A DNA stretch of 64,000 nt from contig NC_043000.1 of the NCBI RefSeq assembly GCF_006345805.1, positions 52,080,001-52,144,000 on the forward strand, given 5' to 3'. The position numbers and the translations under genes are program-made. The notes below the pieces were generated by a model, which saw only the letters and a program-made list of their open reading frames with translations, was not told the DNA's origin and ran no database searches. Shown here in pieces: positions 25,636 to 40,660 of this stretch. Position 1 is the first letter of the stretch, and each line of letters starts with the position of its first letter. This DNA comes from Octopus sinensis (Eukaryota).

Positions 25636-25672
<37 letters not shown>

Positions 25673-25885
25673 ATGTCTGTGTTTGTCCCCCTAGCATTGC
25701 TTGACAACCGATGCTGGTGTGTTTAAGTCCCCCGTCACTTAGCGGTTCGGCAAAAGAGACTGAAAGAATAAGTACTGGCTTACAAAGAATAAGTCCCGGG
25801 GTCGATTTGCTCGACTAAAGGCGGTGCTCCAGCATGGCCGCAGTCAAATGACTGAAACAAGTAAAAGAATAAAAGAATAAAAGAA
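25436..25885 (+). mobile_element. tRNA-derived SINE, family A, full length
   Basis: Head ggcgcaggagtggctgtgtggtaag...gggttcagtccc, internal (TA)n(TG)n, tail (taaaagaa)n. Confidence 0.88.
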
Positions 25886-25986
25886 TATATATATATATAT
25901 ATATATGCATAATAATCACATAAATACATACATACATACATACATACATACATACATACATTATATATATCTATATATTATATATA

Positions 25987-26024
<38 letters not shown>

Positions 26025-26473
26025 GTATATAGTTGAACTGTGTTCTGTTAAGAATGTTTAAGAGTACAAATAGAACTCGTTCACCTTTAGAATTCCCAAA
26101 TAGCCGGTAGTATTCTTGTGGTATGCTAGCAATTCTAGTCTTAGGTATTACTTGTGTGTGAAAATAAAAGTGTTTGTTAGTTTCAAAGAAGAAGCCATGG
26201 ATTTTGCAGCATGGAAATCTAAATTTTGCTTACAGAGACAGCAACTGAGTATCGCCTGAGGAGATACATATAGATCTTCTTATACAAGTAAATTGTTAAA
26301 TAATTTAATTTAAACTTTAAATCATGTATATACGAGGATCTGTATGTATGCCAACATTTGTAGCGATTAAAAAGTTGCCTAACCATACTTACTCTTCCTT
26401 TTTACTTTTTTATATATATGTATATATGTACGTATGTAGCTCTCTCTCTCTCTCTCTTTATATATATATATAT

Positions 26474-26555
<82 letters not shown>

Positions 26556-27837
26556 GTGTGTGTGTATATATATATATATATGTGAATACACGCATACATT
26601 TATAAATATAATTATATATGCATTCACAAGCATACACACACATGAATATATGTATATTTATGTCTGTCATTATTCAGTTTTATTTCAAGATTTTTTGCCA
26701 GTAGAGAAAGATCCGGTTTCTAACCTAGACCCAAGGCTCTTTCATTGGAATTTCCACATCAACATCAGGGTATTTTTGTATGTATGTATGTATTTATGTA
26801 TGTATGTAAGTATGTATGTATGTATGTATGTATGTATGTATGTATGTATGTATGTATGTATGTATGTATGCGTGTGTATGTATGTATACGTGCAGATTTG
26901 TATGTATACGTGCAGATTTGTATGTTCTCTTTTATGTATGTCTTCTCCTGTATTATATGTTCGATGAACTAAGAAGCTTATTCAATGAATTATCCTGTGC
27001 ACTCTCTGAGCATTGCCCAGATACGTGTAACCTTGTCATTAAGTACAATCAATGGGTTGCCGTATAAGAAGGTTGAAATCTGAATTACAAGTAGAGTTTA
27101 AAATGACAGGCCTCAACAGAAATTCTGTCTACGAAACTCACGCAAGGAACAGAGTGGAATCGAAACTGGGATCGGATATTTGCGAAACGAACATCGTTTC
27201 TACCCAAAGATACAGTATGTGTGAGTTTACTTATTTGTGTGTGCGTTTGTATGTGTTTGCATATTTGTGTGTGTGCCTGTATGTGTTTGTTTATCTGCGT
27301 GTTGGTATAAACGTAGAAATCTACAGTAAAATATATTCAAGTAAGTGATATTGTGTATGGGCCAAAGAAGCAATTTATCTGTCTTGCTTTTTGTGTTCTC
27401 CTTTCTTATATCTTATGTGCTTTGTTTCCAATACAGTCAAAACTTACTATTTTTTTCCAGTTATATTAATAGATTTGCCTTAATTAATTTGGTAGAAATA
27501 CTGAATATTCCATCATATATCTCATGACTGTTTATTAGATAATCTAATAATATTTCAAATCTCATAAAAAACCAGAAATTTTCTAGACAAGCAATGAAAT
27601 TAAAACATTAATAATTTATCCTATTATATCATTAGTAATAACAAAATGAGAAATATTAGTCACAATTTTAACAATAATAGCAATAACCCCTTATTTATTT
27701 GCCACAGGTTCCGAAAATAGACAACGAAAATTAAATGAGTTACAAAATGTGACTGGTCCTTCACACACAAACATACACACACGTACACACACATATCCTG
27801 CACATATGTGTATGTGTGCGAATGTATATGTACGTGC

Positions 27838-27903
<66 letters not shown>

Positions 27904-28056
27904 TATATATATATGTATGTATATATATATACATATATACATATATATATATATACATACATATATATATATATACTTACATATATATATATATATATAA
28001 TATATATATATTATATACATACATATATATATATATTATATTATATATATATATAT

Positions 28057-28097
<41 letters not shown>

Positions 28098-28135
28098 TAT
28101 ACATATATAATATATATATATTATATATATATATA

Positions 28136-28182
<47 letters not shown>

Positions 28183-28689
28183 AATATATATATATAAAAC
28201 AATACTGCTTATCGCTGTCAGACCGTATTTTGTTTACGGTGAGCCATTGAATAGCGTAAACAGTCACTGAACGATGATGGAAATGTCATAAAAAGAATTT
28301 GTCTCTTGTGTCAGTTCGCAGCGTCTGCCTTTGCAGTCTCTGTGGCTGAAGAGGAGATGATCACTCCGAAAGGCATGCATCCCGCTGTCTGATTAGGGAG
28401 CGCTGTGATCTGATTCGGCGTATTCACACCTATTTGTGTAAATCGAGAAATTTTCTCTGTAACAAAGAACATTGAATAACTTTTAGTACAGGTTAGAAAA
28501 AGTCTCATCTTTGAACTGATAACAATGTTGGCATACACACACACACCACACACACACACACACAACACACCCACACACACACACAAACACACACACATAT
28601 ACGTATATATACAGGGGGTTAGGGCTAAATTTGACGGCTTTTTATGTCTCCTTTTCTTTAGGAAAAACTTTATGTATTGGTGAACAATA

Positions 28690-28983
<294 letters not shown>

Positions 28984-29009
28984 TATTATTATTATCATTA
29001 TCATTATTA

Positions 29010-29370
29010 TCATTTAGGTCACTGCTGGAATCGAACTCGGAATCTTGGGGTTAATAGGCGCGCGTGGGCATATGGCGTAGTGGTTAAAAGCGCGGGCACC
29101 TAACCCCAAGATTCCGAGTTCGATTCCAGGCAGTGACCTGAATGATAATAATATAATAATATTGATAATGATGATGATGATGATGATGATAATAATAATA
29201 ATAACAACAACAACAACAACATCGAAAAATACCTTAGGAATGAGAAGCCAGCTACTAACTTTCCCCAAGACACCTGATGAAGGCCTGGAGGATATATCAG
29301 ACGAAACGTTGTGCTGACAACAAACAAGATGAGGACAAATATTCGTCAACAGTAAATAAAGTAAATAATG
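29010..29370 (+). mobile_element. Family H element with inverted head copy upstream
   Basis: Inverted head 29010-29063; direct head gggcatatggcgtagtggtt...gagttcgattccaggcagtgacctga from 29066; microsatellite; hammerhead 29269-29315. Confidence 0.85.
29269..29315 (+). ncRNA. Minimal type I hammerhead ribozyme motif, intact core
   Basis: GACAC-CTGATGA-A-GGCCTGG-aggatata-TCAGAC-GAAAC-GTT-GTGCT; mismatches in stems I and II. Confidence 0.7.
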
Positions 29371-29451
29371 TATTGTATGTATGTATGTATGTATGTATGT
29401 ATGTATGTATGTATGTATGTATGTATGTATATATATATATAGATATATATA

Positions 29452-29498
<47 letters not shown>

Positions 29499-29855
29499 AA
29501 TATATATATATAAAACAATACTGCTTATCGCTGTCAGACCGTATTTTGTTTACGGTGAGCCATTGAATAGCGTAAACAGTCACTGAACGATGATGGAAAT
29601 GTCATAAAAAGAATTTGTCTCTTGTGTCAGTTCGCAGCGTCTGCCTTTGCAGTCTCTGTGGCTGAAGAGGAGATGATCACTCCGAAAGGCATGCATCCCG
29701 CTGTCTGATTAGGGAGCGCTGTGATCTGATTCGGCGTATTCACACCTATTTGTGTAAATCGAGAAATTTTCTCTGTAACAAAGAACATTGAATAACTTTT
29801 AGTACAGGTTAGAAAAAGTCTCATCTTTGAACTGATAACAATGTTGGCATACACA

Positions 29856-29908
<53 letters not shown>

Positions 29909-30196
29909 TATACGTATATATACAGGGGGTTAGGGCTAAATTTGACGGCTTTTTATGTCTCCTTTTCTTTAGGAAAAACTTTATGTATTGGTGAACAATA
30001 AATTGCTATTTCTGCTATTTTGGGGTTTCCTGGTATGATAACAGGTATTGTTTTAGTTTTCAGGTCCCACATTTTGCTAATTTCTATTTCAAGATCTTTA
30101 TATTTGCACGGTTTTTGGTAGGTTTTGACAGATACGTTTATATCGATTGGGACAGTCATATCAATAAGGAGGCATGATTTTTGTCTGAAGTATTTC

Positions 30197-30312
<116 letters not shown>

Positions 30313-30314
30313 TA

Positions 30315-30680
30315 TCATTTAGGTCACTGCCTGGAATCGAACTCGGAATCTTGGGGTTAATAGGCCGCGCGTGGGCATATGGCGTAGTGGTTAAAAGCGC
30401 GGGCACCTAACCCCAAGATTCCGAGTTCGATTCCAGGCAGTGACCTGAATGATAATAATAATAATAATATTGATAATGATGATGATGATGATGATAATAA
30501 TAATAATAATAACAACAACAACAACAACATCGAAAAATACCTTAGGAATGAGAAGCCAGCTACTAACTTTCCCCAAGACACCTGATGAAGGCCTGGAGGA
30601 TATATCAGACGAAACGTTGTGCTGACAACAAACAAGATGAGGACAAATATTCGTCAACAGTAAATAAAGTAAATAATGTA
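30315..30680 (+). mobile_element. Family H element (duplicate of 29010-29370), hammerhead at 30577-30623
   Basis: Near-identical to 29010-29370, including the inverted head. Confidence 0.85.
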
Positions 30681-30710
30681 TGTATGTATGTATGTATGTA
30701 TGTATGTATG

Positions 30711-30769
<59 letters not shown>

Positions 30770-31300
30770 TATATATATATTTATATATAAATGCATATAT
30801 AGGTACAAGAGGTCACGGACGGTGCAAACAACATGAAATACGTAAACAACGAGAAGAAACGGAAAACAGAACAAGTTAAAACTGAGAAAAAACCCTTCAT
30901 CAGTTGTGGGTTGTCTATCTACTCCTCATTTCGAGCATTATATATATATATATATATAAATTATAGTACAAGAAGATGAAATGAACAGACTTTAATCCAA
31001 ATTACTATAATTGTTCCTCTGCATTATTATCAGATGATGATTGTCTAGTGTTTCACATAATATGTACTCTAATGTATTAATACGATCCAATTAATAACTG
31101 TGTATCGGCACAGTAGAGCACCCGAATCCACTTGCACGTACACAGCTATTACTGGATCAAATTAGAGCAATAATGCGCATATGTGAAACACCGGGCAATT
31201 AAAGATAGTAATGTACGGAGACAATTATAATGATTTTTATTATAGCCTCTTCACTCCCTCTTGTATTATACACACACAAACACACACATACACCTAGACA

Positions 31301-31335
<35 letters not shown>

Positions 31336-31359
31336 TGTATGTATGTATGTATGTATGTA

Positions 31360-32560
31360 TTGGGTTGTCCAGAATGTTCTTCCTGATTTTTAAAGGAAAG
31401 AAAAATAAATACTTTCCATTACATTTTTAATCAACAAAATATGAACCATTTTGTTGCACAATACGTCTCCATCTTTTCTTTAACTTGAAAATACCTTCTC
31501 CCCAGAATTGAGTGGTTTCATGGCAAAGAATTCATCAAGGTATCTTTTTACGTAATCCAAGGAATTGAAATTTTTACCATTAAGACTATTCTGCAGAGAC
31601 CTGAATAAGTGGAAATCGGAAGTAGCAATATCTGGTGAATATGGATGGTTGGGTAACACATCCCAGCCGAGCTGCAGCAATTTTTGTTTAGACCTCAAAG
31701 AAACGTGCGGTCTTGCATTATTCTGTTGGAAAACAACACCATTTCTATTGGCTAATTCTAGATGTTTCTCTTGCATTGCTGCTTTTAAGGCGTCCATTTG
31801 TGTGCAGTATTTCTCAGAATTAATTGTCTGATTACTTGGGAGAAGCTCATAGTACAGAATTCCTTTCCAATCCCACCAGACACAAAGTAAGACATTTTTA
31901 GGGCGAAGTCCCGCTTTTTGGATGGCTGATGGTGGCACATGTCGCTTACTCCAGGATCGCTTTCTTTGGACATTAAAGTAGATAATCCATTTCTCATCAC
32001 CTGTCACAATTTTCTTTAAAACAGGTGCGTTTTCATTCCGTTTATAAAGCGAATCACAGATGGAAATCCGATCCAAAAGGTTCTTCTCACTCAACTCATG
32101 TGGTATTCAAACATCGTAGCGATTTGTGTACACAAGCTTTACCAGGTGCTCATGAACGACGGATTTTGATAGGTTGAGGCTTTCTGCTAATTCTCGAGTT
32201 CTGCAATGTGGGTTATTGGATGGTCTGCCTGATCGCTCTTTATCAATAAGGCTACAATCTCCAGTTCGGAACCGTACAATTCTTTCGGATAAAGAAACAT
32301 CACCGTAAACTGCGCATATTTCTTTGGTTTCTTAAAGAAAAGCATCAACTGCTGAAAATGAACTTTCTTGTCTTCCATTTTAAAGGGTTACAGAATTAAC
32401 ACAAGTTATAGGAACATAAACCTTCTTCCACGAAAAGATAGCTTAAACTCTGCTCTAAATGGAGGTGTAGTCAAATCCTATTTTATGGACTCAACCATGT
32501 TCTAAAATAAGTCGTAAGGTAAGCTACTATAAATCGGCACGAACTTTCCGGACAACCCAG
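31360..32560 (-). mobile_element. Full-length mariner transposon (about 1.2 kb), TA TSD
   Basis: TA|ttgggttgtccagaatgttcttcctgattt ... aaatcggcacgaactttccggacaacccag|TA imperfect TIRs around a transposase. Confidence 0.95.
31480..32378 (-). pseudogene. Mariner DD34D transposase pseudogene
   Basis: MEDKKVHF N-terminus frameshifted from ...IVTGDEKWI...QQNNARPH (second catalytic D to N)...HPYSPDIATSDFHLF. Confidence 0.93.
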
Positions 32561-33144
32561 TATATAGATAGACAGATACACATGAGTTTTCATACATACG
32601 TACACACACACACACACATGTATATATACCCACATATGTATATTTGTTTATCTATCTATCTATCTATCTATCCACCTATTTATTTATGCGTTCATGTAAG
32701 CACGAATGTGAACGTGTAATATAAGAATATGCATAGCAGCATAAATCAGCTAAAGTGAATGGAATAATAAGATCGAGCAAAAATACAAAGTATAATATCG
32801 AAACAGATGCGATAGTGTAAGAGCAACCTACTTTAAAATATCGGTAAATCTCGCTGCAGTAATTTCAATTCGTTAAGCTGTTTCGATAGAAAAACTCCCT
32901 AAATTCATAAGTGCATGTTAAAACACAACGTCGGTCGGTATCCAACAAGAACGATAATTGAATAGATATAAATCCTGTTTTAAGATAATTCCTATTGCAA
33001 TTTTTGGCGGTTACATGAAAACAAATCTATTACATAATATCAGTAATGATGAGATTACGCATTCACTCATAAAAGAAAAAACCCAAAATATTTTCACAAA
33101 TCTTTTGCTTTATTTCCATCTTTGCTTATCTTAAAAGCTTCGCT

Positions 33145-33160
33145 TTTATTATTATTATTA

Positions 33161-33256
<96 letters not shown>

Positions 33257-33257
33257 G

Positions 33258-33332
<75 letters not shown>
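33145..33332. repeat. (TTA)n-(TCA)n-(TTA)n compound microsatellite
   Basis: Directly visible. Confidence 0.95.
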
Positions 33333-33333
<1 letters not shown>

Positions 33334-35439
33334 TTGTATGATGAATTTTGCGATTCAATACTATCTTTTTTAAATTGCTTCGCATTAGCGGCATACTGAC
33401 TGCCAACCCTATACTTTTCATTCATTATTCGACAAATTTTGTTATAAATAATAAAAGAAATAATTTTTGTAACAAACACTACAATCCAACTAGCTGAGGA
33501 AAGAAAATAAATAATATAAAACATGCGATAAACATCAAATGCTCAACTACAATAGAAATAACTCAATTAAGTTTAAAAGTAAGAACAATTTATAATGTAA
33601 AACATTCAAAAAAACATACTTCATTATCAATTAGTTGGTTATTTTTTAAAAAATCTATTCTGTCTTTCATTTCTGATTTTACTTCCGATTTGATTTTGCT
33701 GAATTTCGTCTGAAGGGAAAAATCTTCTTGATTTTAGTTCCTGAGTAAAATATAGAAGATATGAATCAACTAAAACATTTGCGTAATTTGTAAAAGAGTT
33801 ACGTATGTTCTTATCTGAATCCGATAATCCTGAATTTTTGTTTTGTCTGCTATAAAACTGAATCAGCAATAAAATTTGAAATTAAGACTGGATCTAGATA
33901 AATCAGATAAAATCTCAACCTTCAGTGGATATCTGTGAAGTAATATTGTTTTTCTTAGCACATTTTAAGAGAAAATGGAAAGTTAATGTTCATCCTGTAC
34001 TTAGAGTTAGTGGCAAATCTGAAGTGAAATGTCTTTTAAACGTTCATTGAAAACTCGTTGCAGACTAATTTTACTTGAAATTTACTTTTCCTCCAAATGA
34101 AGATCTCTGCACCATAAATTTGAAATACCTCCTTAATTTGTCTCCTCGGTACATGGGCCAACATTTTATTCTGATTATGCACGAAGTCAGCTAAAATATT
34201 CATACATAACTGGATTCATGTTAATTATTTTATTATCTCGAAAATGTTTTTCAACTTCCGGTGAGAATGGAACACAGATTATATACGAAGTTAGGTAAAT
34301 ATTCATGAGTGAAGCCTCAGGGAGGTTTTGATCTTCCTAGTTTGAGGTAGATCAAGCGATAGCATAGAATCTACCATATTAACTCGTCATTCGGTTGACA
34401 AATTATATACGCCAATTAGTCTGATGTATAAAGGCTGACACAAACCTACAAATATATAACTATATATTGTATATGCATTAATTCCAGTATTCTTCTAGCT
34501 TGTCGAATTTTTGTCACGCTAACTAGTCTAAGCCTAGGTCCATATGGACCCTAGGGGTCTATATAAGATTTTGTCGTGAAGTTTGTGAAATAAATCACTT
34601 ATACTCCTTCAATGCGCAAAATATTTTTTCTTTTTAAATACAATTCCTAATAATATTTAATTATAATAATATAATATAATCTTTTACACATTGGATGGTT
34701 ATAACGGTCTACCTGAATAAAATAGGAATAAAAGTGGTCAGTAGGTTAAAAAATGGTTAAGAAACCCTACCTTAAATGGCCGTTCGACCTGTAGGCACAC
34801 CACTAAAAAAAAAAAAAGGAAATATTTCAAAGGAATTTTCCTTGGTGTACCATCCTGAAGTTTTTCCATGACAGATGTACAGGCTCATACGATCTAAAAA
34901 CGATGTGTTAATGCAGTTCTGGACTTTCTGTGCGTAAGGGAGTGACAGGTTGCTTACTGCTTGTACGCATTTGATCATATGCCCGCTCAGTCGTACCTAT
35001 CATGTGACTGCAGTACAAAAACAAAAAACAAGCAAAGAAAGAACAACAATTGTTCCTCGTGTTCACGCATGCTCTGACGGAGTCGATTTGATGAGTATCA
35101 GTATTTATCTGCAACCTAATATTTCAGCGACACTGGGGAGAAGATTAAACTCTGATATAAAGAAATTAATCAAACAGCGCAAAGCAATTTGCCCGACACA
35201 CTAACCGATTCTACCAACCACCAGTCTTGTGCTGATACTGAATTTATTTTTTAATATGGTCAAAAGGTGAGAAGCTTTGTTGGCAACGGTCGATAATATC
35301 GACTCTACTGTTTTGACTGGTATTTTCTTCTATCGATTCTGGAAAGCCGAAAGGTAAAGTTCACCTCGGCGGGATATGAACTCATAGCATATCACAAGAT
35401 AGTTTGTCAAGTGCTTTTGCACATTTAACCAGTCACTAT

Positions 35440-35690
35440 TCCTCCTCCTCTTCTACCACCTCCTCCTCCTCCTCCTCCTCCTCCCCTCCTCTCCTCCTAC
35501 ATCACCACCACCACCACCACCACCACCTCTCCTCCTCCTCCCCTCCGTCTCCTCTTCTTCCTCCTCCTGCTCTCCTCCTGCTCTCCTGCTCCCATCCTCC
35601 TTTTCTCCTCCTTCCTCCCATCCTCGTCCTCGTCCTCTCCTCGTCCTCCTATACCACCACCACCGCCACCACCACGACAACAACAGCAAC
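35440..35690. repeat. (CCT)n/(CCA)n low-complexity tract
   Basis: Directly visible; source of poly-S/H/G/R ORFs. Confidence 0.9.
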
Positions 35691-36628
35691 AATCGCTTTT
35701 CGTCGTGTTTACATTGATTTCTAAATTACACACGAAGTCCCTGTTATCTTTTGGTGCTGATCATGTCGGGCTTGGAAGATTTGGATGCAGAACGTAAAGA
35801 AACGTAAATATACATTGCAAGGTATTTTGACTAGCGTTTTATCGATTATGCCATCATCCGCCACTCTCTTTTGAGTTAATATTGATTTCTTACATTGACA
35901 TAAGGCCATACGTTTGTAATGGAGGGGGTATAATCGATTTAATCGACGCCATTACATGACTTTATCGACCGCGGAGGGATGAAAGGCAAAATTGTCCGTC
36001 CATAATAGTCAAATGATAATGTGTATGGCAGTATGTTAAAACTAAATTAAATCGCACACATATATCTACATTAGCGGCTAAAACGACTTCTACACATTCT
36101 CGAATGGATACGCATACACTCAAATATCACCCTAACTTTCACTCCACAAACGTTTATGCATATGCTAACAGATATACACAACTAAATACTTATATAAGTA
36201 AATTTAGCTATGTGCCTTCTTAAGTAAGGGACATTTAGCACTATATTAAAGTTTAAAGCTGCATTACCAATAGGCTATACGAATATCCGTCTATTTGTCT
36301 GCTCTCTACCTCTATGTGTGAGTGTGAGTGAGTGTGAGAGCGTGTGTGTGTGCGTGTATATCTCTCCCAATATATGTAATTAATTGTATAAGAAGCAGTA
36401 TTAATATCCAAAGGTAATATTTCTTCCCACTTAAATGTGAATGTTGTGTTAGAGCACAGAATACTGCATTATTTATCCTGAGAGAACCTCTGTGGTCGTG
36501 TTCATATAACAAGCGGGAGTGTTCATATCATAATTGAATGATTATCACCCTCTAGCGAGTGCTTATATGTACCGTTATGCGACAATAAATATTACCTTTT
36601 GATACATACATATATGTTTATGTGCATG

Positions 36629-36715
<87 letters not shown>

Positions 36716-37730
36716 GGCAAAATCTCTTCAAGGGAGTAGAAAAAAGATATACCATTAGTTTTCTATGTGTTGTGTTTTAGAATCATCACAGCAGACTGAG
36801 TATGTAAAACATGAGTTAATTCTTGAAGGAAATCAAATAAATTTTAGACTAATTATAGCCGAATACGTTGTCGTTGGCACGCAGATTTCGAAAGTCAGAA
36901 CAGTTTTTCTGCTCCACGGAACTCATCTCTAAAAACTTCGACCGTAACATACGCCTCTCCTCCTTCAAACGAGCCCACAACCTATGTGACCTCCTGATCC
37001 ACAATTTCTTCCCTAATCCCAGCTCCCAACCTGGCTCGTTCCCCTGCTCCCGCCTACGCTGCCGCACTTGCCCCTACCTCTCCAACACCACCATCCTGAC
37101 AGGCACCCATCATTGTCTCTATCATGTCACTGATTCCTTTACATGCACTTCTAGCTACGTCATTTACTGCATGTCCAGCTCTTTCTGTCCTCTGTACATC
37201 AGTCAAACGGGACGCCGCTTGGCTGAGCGGTTTACGGAGCAACCCAGACATTAGACTCAGCAACGACACCCCGGTCTCGCGCCATTTCCGCTCCACTGGT
37301 CGTTCATTACAACACCTGTCTGTGTTTGGGTTGTCTTTGCACAGGGGCCATCCGGACTCCTGCCTTCGCCGTGAACAGGCACCTACTTCCTCTCTTTACT
37401 CCTACTCACCTTTTCTCTTCATCGTTACCCCCTCCATACAAACCCCACCTCAAATATCCCACTTCTACTAACTATTCGATGAAGACTCATCACATGCAGG
37501 TACTCTGTGTGTGAATATGCCGAGAAAATATTCCAAAATGGTGAGAACTCAAGAAAAATTGTTCTGACTTTCGAAATCTGCGTGCCGACGACAAGGTAAT
37601 CAAAAAATATAATTTGCTTCAAGAATTAACTCATGTTTTAGATACTCAGTCTGCTGTGATGATTCTAAAACACAACACATAAAAAAACCTAATGGTATAC
37701 CTGTTTTCTACATCCTGTAAAGATCTTGCC
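36716..37730. mobile_element. Foldback/MITE-like element with about 190-bp imperfect inverted arms
   Basis: 36716-36910 (ggcaaaatct...gtcagaacagtttttct) is the reverse complement of 37552-37730 (...agatcttgcc), e.g. tgtgttgtgttttagaatcatcacagcagactgagtat / atactcagtctgctgtgatgattctaaaacacaacaca. Confidence 0.85.
36945..37400 (+). mobile_element. Penelope-like Cys linker + GIY-YIG endonuclease fragment
   Basis: RAHNLCDLLI...FPCSRLRCRTCPY...FTCTSSYVIYC...LYISQTGRRLAERFTE then (frameshift) PVSRHF...HLSVFGL...RREQ. Confidence 0.88.
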
Positions 37731-37875
37731 TAACATAATGATTATAATAATTTCTATTAGCCCTTTAGGCGTAATTGAAACAGTCGTAAGGGACTACGTT
37801 TGATTTTTGCAGATAATATATTTTTATTAAATGCTGTATCCTCATGTTCTTACTCTCTCTTGATTATAAACCATG

Positions 37876-37969
<94 letters not shown>

Positions 37970-37977
37970 ATATATAT

Positions 37978-38059
<82 letters not shown>

Positions 38060-38060
38060 G
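37876..38060. repeat. (ATCT)n microsatellite
   Basis: Directly visible; others at 42171-42272 and 55641-55758. Confidence 0.95.
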
Positions 38061-38097
38061 TCTGTCTATATACGTGTGTACGTATGTATATATATAT

Positions 38098-38258
38098 AGG
38101 GGTTGAACAAAATAATAGAAACACCTCAAAATGTCAAACAAATTATTTTAATATGGAGTAGGACCACCTTTGGCTGTAATTAGAGCTTTAATTCCACGAG
38201 ATATGGTCTCGTACAAAGTTTGAATTGTTTCCAAAGTAATTTTTGCCCATTCTTCAGT
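38098..38258 (-). mobile_element. Tc1-like transposon 3' end
   Basis: EEWAKITLETIQTLYETISRGIKALITAKGGPTPY* typical Tc1 C-terminus, followed by TIR-like aggggttgaacaaaataatagaaacacc at a TA run. Confidence 0.8.
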
Positions 38259-39298
38259 AAAATAAAAAAAAGTATATATATAATATACACTTACAAATAT
38301 GAATTTATAAAGAGGATGGAGATTAACTAATACAATGGTAATGAAATTACCTAAACTCATACTAAGATTATTCTCAATTGTTGCATCGGTGTTTCACAAA
38401 TATACTCACTGATCCCGCAACTGAAAACGGAAAATTAAAAATTGGTGTATTTATGACAAATGTGATAGACCTGAGCGGTTTTTGAATTAGAACAATGTTG
38501 TTGGTCATTAAAAAAATAGTAATGGAAAAATATGTGTCTGAAGCAACAAAGGATAAAGAAAAATGAATAAAAGGAAGAAAAGAAGAATGGAAAATAAAAA
38601 TAAAATTTATGAATATAAATAAAAATAATTGAATCATAAAACAAAAGCACTCACATGTACACACACACATACACACACATATATATATATGCACTTATAT
38701 AACAAATATATTCTTCGCTAGACTATAATTCGATATTTACTTTCAAAGTTTTCCACCTTCATATACTCTCATGATGACTGATTTTCTGATTTATTGTTGT
38801 TGTCTGAGAAAATAGTCAATCGATTGAATCTATTAAACATTTATACTTCACAGATAATGTAATAATATCAAGACTAGAGTTATGCAGCATAGATGCAGTT
38901 TGAAACGGATGAACTCATTCGAAATTAGAAGCGTGATAAGTTTGTTGTTGATAGAAAATATAACAGAGCTACTTACAAAATGATATTGAGAGTACTATAT
39001 TTGAAAACTCAGGTAAGAATGTTAAATTTGCATTGGTTTACTTACAACATGCTACAGTATATATTAGTTTACATATGTAGTATTAGAGAGAGAAAAAAAC
39101 AAGTCTTTTAATCTGAGTTTCCATAGTTGTTGTAACTTCGTTTTCTATTCAGTGTGTCATTAGTTGAGAAACTATACTTTCTCCTTCCGTAGATATTCGT
39201 AAGACGTTTTCTCGGCTTTCTTGAGTAGCATTCAGTAAATATAATTAATTCTATGCATACTAATTCTTTTACGGTAGCAAGCCAGAGCTATGCATGCA

Positions 39299-39336
<38 letters not shown>

Positions 39337-40309
39337 CGTGCGGATGCGTGCTGGTGAGTGAGATAAAGCGAAGTAAGCTAATGAGGTGAACTAAAATATG
39401 TATGCTATGTATATCGGTATCTTGCTTTTCTAGCTTCAAATACGACCGGATTTAACTATGGGAAATAATTGAATTAATACCAATGTGTAACTCAACTGTA
39501 GACAAGTGATCGACCAATGAAGGATAAAGCATTGAATGACATACTTAATGTGACATGAGTTCAAATGTACTGCGGATGTCGAATTTGAATTCGTCGATTA
39601 AAAAAAATATTTATTAAATATTTACTTACTTCACCTAACTATTAGCAATAGATGCACAATTGTAACGGCAAGAACCGTTTCGAAATAGAGTCCTTCAATT
39701 GTCGCAGTGACTTTTATCGTAAATTTCATGACGTGTTTCACGCAAGTGTTATGAGGACTATCAATGCGGAGGCCGTTCGACGGGCAGAATAAAAAGACAA
39801 CAGCGAAATCTTCCTCAGATCACATCCTTAATGTTTTAATGAGAAAGACAACATCGCAACTTTCAGTGCTGGCACTGAATTCTATAGAAAAATCTTTAAA
39901 GATAAACTTAAACGCGAGAAAATTGCGCAATGTTGATTTGTAAACCTTTAACGTTCTTGGTTGTATATTATGCTTACAAACCGAAATACTGTGTCCTTGC
40001 TAGCAGTCAATGAATATATAGACGTTCTACTTTTCAGTGTTCTGCTTTGTTACAACTAGAAAGGGCTCTGACGAAAGTAGCATCAATACTTTAGATCGTT
40101 CAATTTTTCTAAACTGATTAATATAATAGACTGATTGAAAAGACATACCTATAATGACTACTGTAAACAGCTGTAAGCCAAATTTGCTCTAATAAAGTAA
40201 ATCCATTATTCATAACTTGTGTATATACACACACACTCACACACATACATTCACTCACACATACACACTCACACACACGCACACCCATTGAATACGAGGT
40301 ATGTGTGTC

Positions 40310-40540
40310 CAGCCTTTCCCGAACGACCTGCAGAAGTGGTTTGATTAGATTGATCAAATGTATGAGCCGTATATTAGCACACTCGCTCCGCCAAATCGAC
40401 GTTGCCTGAAGAGGTGCACGATGTAGCACGCGTCGGGTGTCAAAGTGATCGTATAGCAACGTGAGATGAAGTGTTTTGCTCAAGAATACAACGCACCACC
40501 CGGTCTTGGAATTGAAACCATGATCTCCCGGTCGTTACTG

Positions 40541-40574
<34 letters not shown>

Positions 40575-40660
40575 CAACATATATGAGGAAGCATGGTGTA
40601 ATGGTTAGGGTGTTGCAATAAAGACCGCGACATCATGGTTTCAGTTCCAAGACCGGATGG
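40310..40660. mobile_element. Family C SINE (-) plus an oppositely oriented head (+) across a (TA)n tract
   Basis: ccggtcttggaattgaaaccatgat (40500) versus atcatggtttcagttccaagaccgg (40632). Confidence 0.65.

Noticed and set aside
28355-28415. C/D box snoRNA
   Set aside because: ATGATCA is not a canonical C box and no guide complementarity was recognised.
29066-29140. tRNA genes (also 44580-44651, 46807-46870, 49078-49145)
   Set aside because: A/B boxes are present but there is no proper acceptor stem and they continue into repeat bodies; these are SINE heads.
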